Shown here piece after piece: positions 36,400 to 48,270 of a stretch of 64,000 bases of DNA; the stretch's first letter is position 1, and each line of letters begins with the position of its first letter. Source of the DNA: Raillietiella orientalis. Its lineage: Eukaryota. The translations under genes and the position numbers were made by a program. A model generated the notes under the pieces. That model searched no databases, was not told where the DNA came from, and worked only from the letters and a program-made list of their open reading frames with translations. The DNA lies in assembly GCA_036172245.1 (NCBI GenBank), contig JAYWIR010000005.1, positions 124,001 to 188,000 of the forward strand, read 5' to 3'.

Positions 36400-39300
36400 T
36401 CTATTAATGATGTTAGAAAAAACAGACTTAATCTACTGAGGAAAAGTAACTATCCTTTGTCGAGGAAACAGTCGAAATCGAAAGTGTTTGGAATGGTAAA
36501 CTCTCGAACTTCTTCTATCTACTCGTGGGACTCTTTTCGAACGATGTGACGATATGAGAAAACAATAAAGAAATGTGGCCTATTTTGACCTAACTTTGTT
36601 TCTGAACCTAGTGCTTTCAGAGAACTTATCAGAAAGACTGAAAGCTATGGGGATGCTGTGGAGAGTGAAACACGACACATGAGATTTGATGGTGAAATCT
36701 CCCAATCGTCCTTCCCGAACATGGCTGCAATGACTGAAAACATCCACAGTGAGGGGCAAAAAAAAAAAAAAAAGGGTAAAAAATTTACGCCTCGTCTCAT
36801 CCGAAGACTTTGTGCAACGTGAGAGAAGTCGGAACACTTTTCCATCAAGGAGGGAAGCCTACGGGCTTTCGGAAGGAGAACCAGAACTGCCTTCCTATGA
36901 GCACAGAAAAAGAGCGACGTTGCATCCTGTAGAACTTTGAAAGGAAATTCCAGCAGGTCAGAGACACTTTCCTGCATGTTCTATATATTAGTTGCACAAC
37001 GCAATTCATTTTCCGAGTGGAGCTGGCTCTTGGAGCAATTACGAAAGGTCACTGCAATGGAAATCAATAAAATAAATACTTACGAGAATTCAATTGGGAA
37101 TGATGAGTCCACCCTCGCAGGACATAATTTTCAACGGAAGATACTGAAAAATTCTGTTTCTTTCGAGCATTTTTGTTCTTGGCTCTTGATTAATCGGCAA
37201 CAGGAAAATGACCAGTGGGGGAACACCTCGTTTGGCCCGAATCGGTTCTCCTGAGCTGCATCCTGTTGTTGTTTTTAATTGAACTGCTTTTCTGATCTGA
37301 GAATGCCTGAGTACCTCATGAGACGTCTCAGGTGGCCACTGCCCATTTTTCTGTCTTCTGCTGCAACATTGCACACAATGAGCACGCCTAAGTCAAGCTG
37401 GCACTGTTTGTATTCTATGAAATTCATCCGACATGTTGTGATTTACACGGCACGAATTCAACAGTTCGCTCTTCATTCCACCAGGTCATGCCCTTTTCAA
37501 TAAGAGCAAACATCTCGCATCTGATCCTCCTTCAGTATCCGAAATGAATCTTTAAGCAATGAATACATGATTTGGAATGCTTTCAAAAATCAGATTTTTA
37601 TAAACGATAGGAAAAAAAGAAACACTCAGGTCTGATATTCCAAAATTGAGTTCCCTTTTTTTGATCGGAATAATGGAAACTTTCATGATGGAAAAGTCAT
37701 CTCCGTCAAACTTAGCAAAGATTCCTCTTGGTAACCTCTCTTGTTAAGATGAAAAATACCTGACAGTCTCAAACTGTTTCATCCGTCACGAACACTTACG
37801 AGATTGATGCGACGATATGCGATCGTGGTCACGATGAGTTTCTGCTCATTAGAATGCATGTTATCCTGAGAGCAGTGAGGAAAAAACAGTTTGCGTGGAT
37901 TTGCGTGGACAAGGAGTTTCGTTATCCGATACTAAAAAGAACCAAAGAAAAGGTTCCCTTTTGAAAATTCACAGCAATGCCGAAATTTCATAATCAGTCA
38001 AAATACACCAGCATGACTAGAATACATAATCTGGAATCAGCTCATAGGCATCTGTCAGCACAATAAATCTTGCGCTACATCCCGCTGTTCTTTTTGTAAT
38101 CCTATTAATCAGGGAGACTGTTGTTTCTGTGATTTGAGTTCTTTCTTCAGCTGTCACAGAAACACATACTATGAATAGTCTCCCAACCTAAAAGTTATGC
38201 TTCCGAGTAACCCGCATTTGGGGTTATCGTGGAGGTCAGTCCCGTCGGCGTGCAATGACCAGGCCTCGCGCCGGAGGAATTGCCGTCTTGATCACAATGC
38301 AAACCTCGAAGCCAGGTAAATGTGAACTATGAACAGTTCACGGTAATGAAAAGGCACAGATCATCGAGGATACTCTGAATAAAAATAAAAGTCTAAAATT
38401 AAAAAATGATCCTTTATCTCTAAATGGTTCCCCACAAACCAGCCTATGTTTCTCAGACTACTCCTAGCATGCTTATGAAATATAAAATCAGGATCTGTTG
38501 CTTACGGAATGCTGTTCCCTTACTCCTAACACAAGAAGGAGAGATATTGCATCTTCAAAAATTTCAATGCATTATTATTCACTGAATTCATTCACTTTGT
38601 CCCTCTTTTTGCCTCCATGGGACTATATGGCTAGAGTTCTTCATTTATATTTTGAGAGCTATTTAAGACTTTAGCTGCTAGTTTCTTGCTGTCTTTTGCG
38701 TTTGCAATACGTAATCTTCAATCAGTAATCTGGGTCTTTTATTTTGGGAAACAGTTCATCCGCTGTAGAGTTTATAAATGGGGAACATTCGCCAGCATTT
38801 CAAAAAGAATTGTTCTTCGCCCACGAAACAAGTAACAGCCATGTTTTGTCCTAAGCCCACAGCTCAGTGTACAAGGAAATGTTCATCCTTCATCAAAATT
38901 ATTAACTGACTGTGATGGCAACGTGCTAATCGAATCGCCTAAAATCGAGTCGTTTAAAAAAGTTATAGATCGAACTTGCTCCCAATCCTCTGAAAATTTT
39001 AGGGTATTGGTTGATAACTTGGTTTCTGTCAGTTTGGATGAAGTGCGTATCACGTTTTTCTAGAAGACATTCCCTCTTAGTGGATGCCTTTTAAGGATCA
39101 TGAGCAATGCACCTTCTGAAACTTTTCTTCAAGCACCGCATTTCAGGCTGCTAATGAAGCATTCAAGTAAATTTTATTTTCCCTGAGGTCTTTTAGAGAT
39201 AATGCGTGCTTTGGAATCTTAGGACAGTGCTTCATGTCCATTATATAAGAAATCTGAACCATAGTCATCGAAACTTATGATGTTGATTCATGATGTCGAA

Positions 39301-39638
39301 AATTAAAGGAAGAGAATTTAGGTGAAAGTGGCTGCCCCCCCCCCCCCCTCCAGTCAGTGAAACTAACTGTTTTGGCTATTGGTGCCCTTTTTTTTTTCCA
39401 GGTGACGTAGAAGGCCTGTTCGATGGTTCGGCAACCTGCGTTGAGTGGTGAACACCTCGGGCCTAGCAGAAGTGCACGGCGCGATCCTGAAATTTGCATA
39501 TTGGTAGTTGTGCAACAGTTGCCCAAGAACATGATCAATTAACGTGTTCCCATCGAAGTGCCTGCTTTTCAAAAGCTTCCTGTAAGCTGAAGACAAGATA
39601 CTCTTCGAGAATCACGGTTCGATGTTGGTGGTACAGCA

Positions 39639-42600
39639 ATGACGTTCCTGTTGAATGTGCTGCATTCCTCACTGAAACTTAGGAGGGTGTCGCCAGATTT
39701 TTGGTGTGGTTGCTTATTTGCCATTCGCGAAAGATCGTTGATAAAGGATGTTCGTCGAACGTTCTTAACACGTCAAAATTCAAATCAGTTCTTCCGCCAT
39801 TTGAGTCAACTTGCCGTACCCAAAAAAGACCATCCGGGTGTGTTCTGGCCGTTTGGCAAGGCAATCAAATTGTTGGTTTTGTTGATTGGATGCGGTAGTG
39901 TCCATTATATAGTGCTGAATAATAATAAGAAAGAAAGTGCTTTAAAATGTTATTGTAAAACCGCGGATACTGTAGCAGTGTCTGGAGGCAATGATCATAG
40001 GAAACATTTCAATTTCATAGCTGATGTTGTAGAGAAAACGGCACCTGCTGTAGTTTATATCGAAATAAAAGATGTGTACAGGTGAGAAAATGGTTGTGTG
40101 GTGCTGTTTATGTTTTTTGCTATAAGGTATTCACATACTGGCCAACCTGTAACTGTTTCAAATGGATCTGGATTTATTATAGAGTCAGATGGCTTGATTT
40201 TGACCAATGCCCATGTCGTTAATTCCCGAAGGAGTAATCTTATTATAGTGAAGTTACATAATGGTACTGAATATTATGGAAAAATCGAAGACATTGATGT
40301 TGGAAGGGATTTAGCCACAGTTAGGATTCAAGCAGTGAGTTCCAAATTTTGTTTAGAGTATTATGCAGTGAACATGTATATTATGTAAGATGTTTTTATC
40401 AACTAGCCTTACTAATTTGCACATTTTCCTAAAGAAAAATCTTCCAACATTGAAATTAGGAACTTCTAGAAATTTAAGGCCTGGGGAGTGGGTTGCTGCA
40501 ATTGGTTCACCATTGTCTTTATCAAACACAATTACCACTGGCGTCGTTAGCTCTGTTGCGAGAGGCAGTAAAGAATTAGGCCTTCCTTTCAAGGATATGG
40601 ATTATATTCAAACAGATGCTGCAATCACTGTAAGTATGGTTTGAAAAATCGAATTGTGTTCTGAGATTCATTTTCATTTAAGTGTATGTTCATTGGTAAA
40701 TATTAAATGTGAATATCTTCTAAAACGCTTATGAGTAACTTTAGGGTTTTAATTTCTGAAATCGTATTTTATGGAGGTATCTCAGTGTATTCTTAATAGT
40801 TTGGAAATTCTGGTGGACCCTTGGTAAATTTAGATGGAGAGGCTGTAGGCATAAACTCAATGAAGGTTACTGCAGGAATCTCATTTGCAATACCTGCTGA
40901 TAATGCAAAAGCATTCCTGGAAAGCACCAAAGAAAAACACAAAGGTAGCTCCTTATTTAGTTTGCATATTGCACACCACCATATTTATCTGTGAATTTTT
41001 GAATGCTACAACAAGCTTTATAAATACTGGGGCATTTCTTTGGATTTTTTCCTCTGTTGAGGTGTTTGTTTTGCTTTTGGATTTTTGCAATTTTCCATTT
41101 TGTAAATGTTAGCAAATTGTGAAGTTTAAAGAATTCCAGCTGGTGAAACAACAACCTTATGTTCAAATTTTTGTCCACAATGACATTGACAACAAGTAAA
41201 AGAAATTATGAAACATTTCAGTGAATGAACAAATTATTTTTAAAAAGCTTTTAGATGAAAGTATCCAAAAATTACACAGAATTTTTGGATAGATTCAAAC
41301 ATGCAGTTGTGTTTTGTTTTTATTTTTATCAACGTTTCTGCATGTAAGTATATATTTGGACCATAAAAGCTATCAGTTTTTTCTCATGGTCATGTATAAC
41401 CTTTTTGATAAAGCTATTTTCTCATTGCCAACTCACTATAAATCAAAAAACGTACATAGTCCTGAGTACTCAGACATCATAAATGCAGCATGTTAAGCTA
41501 CAGTGAATGCTTGGTGTCCTTTACAATACTATCATTCATAGTATCTTTGAAATGTGTTCAAAATCAAGATCCTTTGTGCTCAGCTTTTATGCTTTGGAAT
41601 TTGTACTATCTTCATGAATAGGTATTTCATTTGTTTGACTTGCAAACCAGTCATCTTTACCATCAAGTATTGTAATATTCTTTCTTCATATGTTGTGAAG
41701 TTCAACCCCTGATGTGCTAGTCACAAAGCATTGAAGATGTTTGATGCTTAGAATGTGGCCCTTGTTTTTGGTGGTACATTTATTTGTCCATATTCTTTAT
41801 GGCAGTCCAATTTATGCATGTATTAATTCCAAAGGTGTTATTTGATCTGCTTCAAAATGTTCTTATTCAGAGATCAGTTGGATTATCGATAGTGATTTCC
41901 TTTCCATATAGGATTTGAAACTGGTATCTGAAAGCTTCTCAGAATCTGGAAACGGAAATCTTACTGGATTTCGCAAGTCATGAACTTCATTGAAAATTAG
42001 TTCAAGTCACCTGATTTTTTTGTCTTTGGTTGTGTGTTTCTGAAGCATTTTGGTTTATTAATTATCTTTGACTCCTGGTAAACAAATTTCTAAGCCTTCA
42101 AATGAAGATTTGTTTGCAATCTGCCATAATTACATGCTTCTTGCAAGTCTTCATATTTTGTTTGAGCTTAGTGTTCAGTTTCTGTAGTTAGTTTTTTTCT
42201 TGTTACCCTGAAGTGTAATGAAAACCTTCTAAGGAATAACAGGGAAACTTGCAGGTTTAATGTCTCTGTATATTGTTTCATGTAGCCATAATTGCATCAG
42301 AACTGCATTGCAAGCACAGATCATCTCCAACAAATTCATGTATCAGGAACATTATTGGAAATTTTTAATTAAAATTTTCAAGATCAAAATCATTTTGATG
42401 GTACATTAGTGTGCTTTATCTGGAATGTGTTCCCATGCAAAAATAGCTTTATTGCGAGAAGCATTATTTTGTAGGATGCAGTGAGCAAATTGTTTCATTA
42501 AATACAGCAAATTTGTTCATTTCTTCTTGTTTCATATGCATGTGCCCTACAGATACATGTAAAAAATTTGCATTTGTCTTTAGGAAGTACAAAAACCAAA

Positions 42601-43070
42601 GCTCCCAAAAGATGTTACATGGGCATAACAATGTTAACTCTTTCACCAGAAGTTATCTTAGAGTTGCAACAAAGAAATCTTGTGATCCCCTCATTTGTTA
42701 CTCATGGGGTGCTTGTGTGGAAAGTTGTGGCTGGAAGTCCTGCAGAAAAGTAAGTTTTTTTTCGCGTTAATTGAAAACTGAATCTGTTGTCCCGAAACAG
42801 TACATTCAACATATGTATAAAGCACAAATGTGCTTGCTGCCTGCATGTGTGTGTGGTTGTTTAGGCAGAGTGAGTTCATAAGGATCAATTCTGATTGTAC
42901 TGTGTTTCAGTGGTGGCTTGCTAGTAGGAGATGTTGTCACTCATGTGAATTCAAAGCCAGTTTATTCAGCAAAAGATATTTATGATGCTCTGGAATGCTC
43001 AAAACATTTGGAAATGCATGTTGTTAGAAAACATAACAGTTTGAAGTTGACTGTAATTCCTGAAGAATAA
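39639..43070 (+). CDS. HTRA2: Mitochondrial serine protease HtrA2/Omi (trypsin-like protease + PDZ)
   Basis: Exons 39639-40081, 40127-40334, 40435-40629, 40800-40944, 42584-42749, 42911-43070 (TAA). Basic N-terminal presequence and TM segment; [28 protein letters not shown]; catalytic triad [38 protein letters not shown]...[23 protein letters not shown]. Confidence 0.95.
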
Positions 43071-45819
43071 AAGTGCTTGAAATGCAAAACAGTCCTCATG
43101 AAACTCTAATGATTTAAACTGTTGATGCAATCATGTGTTTATGATTAAGTTTTCAGATGCCAGAAGTTAAGTTTCCCAAGTCTTCGTTGCCTTCGTTACT
43201 GATAAATAATTGTGTAAAACAGTGGCGCATTCATTGGAGGTCTGAATTCCTGAATTATATGTGCTTTAAGACTTCTAGAAATGTAGCGTTTCTAAAAGAA
43301 AAAAAAAAGAAAAGCTGCATCCATAAGATAAACCAAATTTAAGTAAACACACTTCATTTATTACATGGGGAAAAAGATGTACTTTTCGTACTTAACAGAT
43401 GCTTAATCTCTGCTTAGTCTAATCAAAGCTGAAACTCTGTGTATTCTGTGATGATACAGCAATGGAGAAATTATGTAGCACTTTATTTTCCAGTCATTGC
43501 TCTCAGGGACGACCACATTTTTCATGCTGAACAATTCATATACATTAGTGTATTCAGCATGCAGTGTTCTTCTGTATGTGTATTTGATACTTCATGTTAC
43601 TTGCCTGGCTTCGAGGTGTGCAATTGCGATCGTGTTTAATGTTGATGAGTTTCTATTTCCAGGCTACGATGGATGTGGATGCATCAATACTGTACTCTGT
43701 AGAAATGTTTCTGTTGTGTACAACATCCACATATCTCCCTGGTTTCTGTTTTACATCCAACACAACTGCCTTTGTGCTTTCTGCTTTTCAAAAGTTTTTG
43801 ACTCTGGAATCTTGAATCAGCATCTGCTTCTAGTGCCCACAGGTCATCATGGCAGGTGCAACTAGAGGTGTTCAGCATAGGTGTATTGCTCCTCCTCCTG
43901 CAGTAGCACATTCTCCACCTCTTATTCATCATCGCTGTAATGCTGGAGGATGTTTCTGGGTAGCATCTACCGGCTGGTGGATTTCAGCTTATCAGATGGT
44001 CCAGACTAACGGTAGCAGAGGGTTTTTCATGTGAGCAAGGCACTTGTGTGTGGCTAAGTTTGGTCACCGCCAACGGCAAGTGTGTAGAGTGGAGCTCCTC
44101 GTTTCGATAAACCAGGGAGGCTTACGTTTCATAATAAAGTCAGCTTTTAGTCGAACTGTCTCCGGAATCGGCTTGAAACGGGGTTCATGTCGGGCATGTG
44201 AACCATAAATAGAACGAGGGAAATACAATGTGTGAAGACGTGGAAAACTCAGTGAAGGAGTGGAGAGGACGACCGAAACCACGACTCCAACAAAGGGAGG
44301 AGACCGACCTACTATGTACAAGCTTCCATATTTTTTTCTCAGGGAACGATGTATTCGTACGTACCTCGTTTCCTGATCCGCTTATGTTTTTTGGGCCACA
44401 ACTCTTGGGACAAACGGGTTTCTAGAAAGGCAGTCTGCATTACTGGAGACCATCCGGGCAAGAACACTACTCGTGATTTACCGCCTCTGCTGAATATTAA
44501 CACTACTATAAAGAATACTCTGCTGTACGAAATTTGACACGCTCTTTGACTCGAGAAACCCGCGCTTTAGATGGCGCGTGCAATTTGCTGTTGGAGTGCT
44601 GCTGGACTCGGCACCGTCCTGTGAAGCCCGTCTGACACCTGCGTTCCCGAGCCATTGTCCTGGGAATGCAGATATCTGCACTGGCAAGAGATCACACAAA
44701 GTGACTCTGCTTATTGGCGGCTGGACCCCTATCCAACAATCTAAAAGTCGGGCTGCTAGCTAGGTTTTCAGGTTCGAACTTGTTTCCAAAATGGCGAAGA
44801 AAGGAAATGCCATCAAGGAGGACAAAGGCATCGAAGCTGTCCTGGAAAACAAGACAACTGTTAGTGAGCCCTCCCCTAGTGTACAGTGGCTCCTCTCGTT
44901 GCAGATCAGTGACCACCCATCGGAAACACCAGTGAATTGTACACGTATAACATGGGTTCATGTATCTGTGTGCGGTGGGATCTGATGAGATTATCAAATT
45001 TCCTCACATCCAGTGACCAGAAGCCTTGGGTATTGACCCAAGGCTTCTGGTTGGCTGGGCTGCGTTTTTTTCTCCCCATGCATCCCAAAGAGTATTTCTT
45101 TTCGTATTTCTTCTCCATCTGAGCGGTCTTATTTGTTTGTGTAGGAGGAGCGTCTTGAAATTGGCACTTTATATTTCCAAAGGCTGCTAAAAGGCAACTA
45201 AATGAAGAATCTGATCTGCTTCTCACTAAGAGAAACGACAGTGCTCTTTTGCATATTGGTTAATCAAATGGCTGCTAGAGGCAACATTGGGCTCCTGTAG
45301 TTGCTTTCTGCTCCCGTCTGTTATCTTTTTCGATTTGATGCTTCAGCAAGTACCAAAGTAAGACAGCTACTGAGGCAGCTGGAGGGAGATTTGCAGAGGT
45401 GCAAATTGCCCTTGCGCGTGTCCTGTGCTCAATTCCTCGATGAAATTTTCTCCTCAAGGGCTTTCCTGAAAAGTGCTGCGGGTCTTCTGCAACCGCAGTC
45501 CTGAAACAGGTCTGCCAAGCGGATGACTTCCCTTAAAGGAAGACGAGAATCGGGAAGGTGTAACAAAAAAAGCTCCCATTTTCGAATCCGATTTACTCTT
45601 TGGTTTTCGAGAAGCACTATTGGAAGACTTTGCCGAACGGGAGAGTGGTGCTAGGAGGCGTGGGCGGCGCAAGAATTGACGATGGCAGCGCTTGGGATGG
45701 AAGGGACAGGGGAGCACGAAGTAGGAACTTACAAGTGATCAATAATAGTTCCTTCCTGCAGAACTCCTTCCATCCTGTTTACTTGCAGCTATTACTTGGT
45801 TTATCACCCGGTCATGCAG

Positions 45820-48270
45820 GGACGTTTATTATAAAAAGTAAACATACATGTGTAGGGTCATCGGCCCTACATTATCCGAAACTGCTCGGAACCTGCCGAG
45901 TAACCGGCACGCAGACCGGCGAGGTGCGCCTCGGCAACGGAGGGGGGAGGAGGCAAACACAAAAAATTGGGAGGGTTAGGGAAGGGATCCCTGTCCGCTG
46001 GGGGGCGTCCTCTGCATGCTTTCCAGGATATCGGCAAGTTGCACCCGAGTGTGTCCCCGGTGGGACCATCTTGCTACCATCCGCAGGAAGTTCAGGACGG
46101 AGCAGATGGCATCTCTATCGTGCCGTCCTTCTCTCGCGTAGCTCCAGGCCTCCACAATCCCGCGTAGGCGGCAGAGCTGCTGGTGATGCGGTAGACTAAA
46201 GGGCGTGGGGATGGAAAGAGGAAGGGAGGAGGAAAAGGAGGAAGAGAAAGCAGGAAGAAGAGGAAGGGAGGAGGGGGAGGAAGGAAAGCGAAGGGACTAA
46301 GGGAACAGGAGGGAGATGAGAACGGAGGAGGATGAGGAAGAGAAGGTGGAGGATGTTCCTTTCGTGGAGGAGACTCCATGGAGCTCCAGAGGGGGGATCA
46401 ACCAGCTCCATGGAACGCAATGGAGTTATCCCTGAGGAGGATGACAGTTCCCTTTTCAACAACCGGAGGGAAACTCCTAAGAGAACCGACTCTCCGATCC
46501 CTGGAAGGATCTCCAGAGAGTCGGCTTCCAAATCTCGGTGCCGCACCGGAAGCCTGTAAGCCAACCAACGCCATCCTGCGGGGGGACTCGAAAACTCACG
46601 ACGAACCGCCCGTTCTCGGCGTCAGTCATTTCCCGGGGGGGATTCGAATCCGCGACGCCCAGTGCCAGGCGCAGGGACTGCAGCCATGCGGTCCGCCGCC
46701 AACGCCGGAGAGGTCGTCGTAGAACGGGGAGGCCTTCGAGGCGGAGCAGAATGTGGGGAAGAAAAAGGGATGGGAAACCGGGCTAGCGACCGTGCCCAAC
46801 CCTCCTTCCACTTTCACACCTGGATGTGCAGCGCAAAACGCGACGAGGGGATCCCAGATGGACGACCTGTCAGGCAGAAACGGCCTACGCGCGGAAGAGG
46901 GGAGGAGGTGGAGATGGGAGCGCGGGCGCGACTCAATGCCGCTTGTTGCCGCACGATTTCGGAGAGCTCCTGAGCATCTTCCTGCTCTCGAGGGGTCAGC
47001 CAGACGAGTTCGAGTAGTCACGAACGGAGGATACACAGGGCAGACAGAGAGATGCCGGCGACAGGCAGCGGGAAAAAGAATGCCGCTGAGAATTCCTCAC
47101 TGGAGCGTCACTCAAGACCTCGACGGAAAAGCGGGATTCCTCTTCCCCTCCCCCTTCCCTGTAGGGACTCCGTCCTGACAAGGGGCGGGAGCCACTTTGG
47201 CCGCCGCGTACGAAGAGCTCGGAAGACCCGCAGTTGCACGCCTGACACCGCTGATGCGGCGAGGACTCCCGAGCGTCTTTCACAGGTCGCATTCCTCCCG
47301 TCCCCTGTGGGAAGGCGGGCCTGCAGGGATGCGGTTCGCGCGGCAGGATGATGGAAATCCTTTTCTGTCTTCGCTGTTTTCGCAGCTCTTTGACGCTGTT
47401 CCACGCCACCCGAGGGTGCGTGTAATTCTTCAAGATAAGGGGCAGGGGAGGGGTCCGCCCTATGAATCCAGGAAGGGCTCCCCGTTGGAGGGAGTCCGTT
47501 CCTCTCACACCTGGAGAGGATTCCCCGGAAATGGAGATCACCTCCATCCGGGTTGTCTCCGAAAGGAACCCCGAAGGGAATTTCCTTCCTTAGGCTCTCC
47601 GAAGGGACACTGGGGGAATCTGCTCATTTTTTCTTCTCCGGAGGGATCTCGCAAGGGAACCGCTCCCTGTTTCCTTCACTGAAGAGAACCCCGAAGGGAC
47701 ATTTCCAAAATTTCTCTGAAGGGCGCTGCCCGAAGGGATCGGCACATTTCTCTGTACTCTCTGGAGAGGTGGCGACACACCTACTCCGTGGAGGGTCTCT
47801 CCGGAATGGGGTATGCTCCTTTGCGCAACTGGAGGGAAACTCCCCTTCATTCTGCTTCCTGGAAGGACCCCGGAGGGTCAACTTCGATTGTCCCGGCCCT
47901 CCTCGTCGGGGGCCTCCGGTTCGAACAGCTACTGGTGCCGCACCCGAATGAATGGAGGCCAAGCAGCGTCATCTCGCGGGATGAACTCGAACCGTGACGC
48001 ACTGCGTCGATTCATTTTGGAGTATTCGAACCCGCGGCGCTTGGTGGTGCCACGCGCGGGGACCTCAGCAGCCGCACGGCTTCCGAAGCGACCCCGGGGA
48101 TTCCCGGAGGAAGAGATGCTGCTTCGAGATGTTCCAGAGGAGCCACGCAGCGTCTTGTTCATCCCTGGAGCCATCACTCGCGCTGCAGTCACCTTGAAGA
48201 AAACTGCTGAATCACCAAGAATGCCAAGCACTTTGAGAGACGACGCACGGGAAGCGCGTCTTCGTGGGTT
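45820..48270 (+). repeat. Copy A of a diverged GC-rich dispersed unit (best-conserved core 47348-48050)
   Basis: Collinear matches to 54710-57290: atggaaatcctt, gtgtaattcttca.gata.ggggc, gggtccgccctatgaatccaggaagggctc, cgaagggaat, ttcttctccggaggga.tcgcaagggaaccgctcc, ctgaagagaacc, gtattcgaacccgcg. Outer boundaries are approximate. Confidence 0.75.

Noticed and set aside
17170..38922. TGGCAAC heptamer in sense orientation upstream of GTPBP2 (17170-17176), kanadaptin (33324-33330) and HtrA2 (38916-38922)
   Set aside because: It resembles a housekeeping-promoter/half X-box motif, but a 7-mer is frequent by chance, distances vary widely, and it also occurs in introns.
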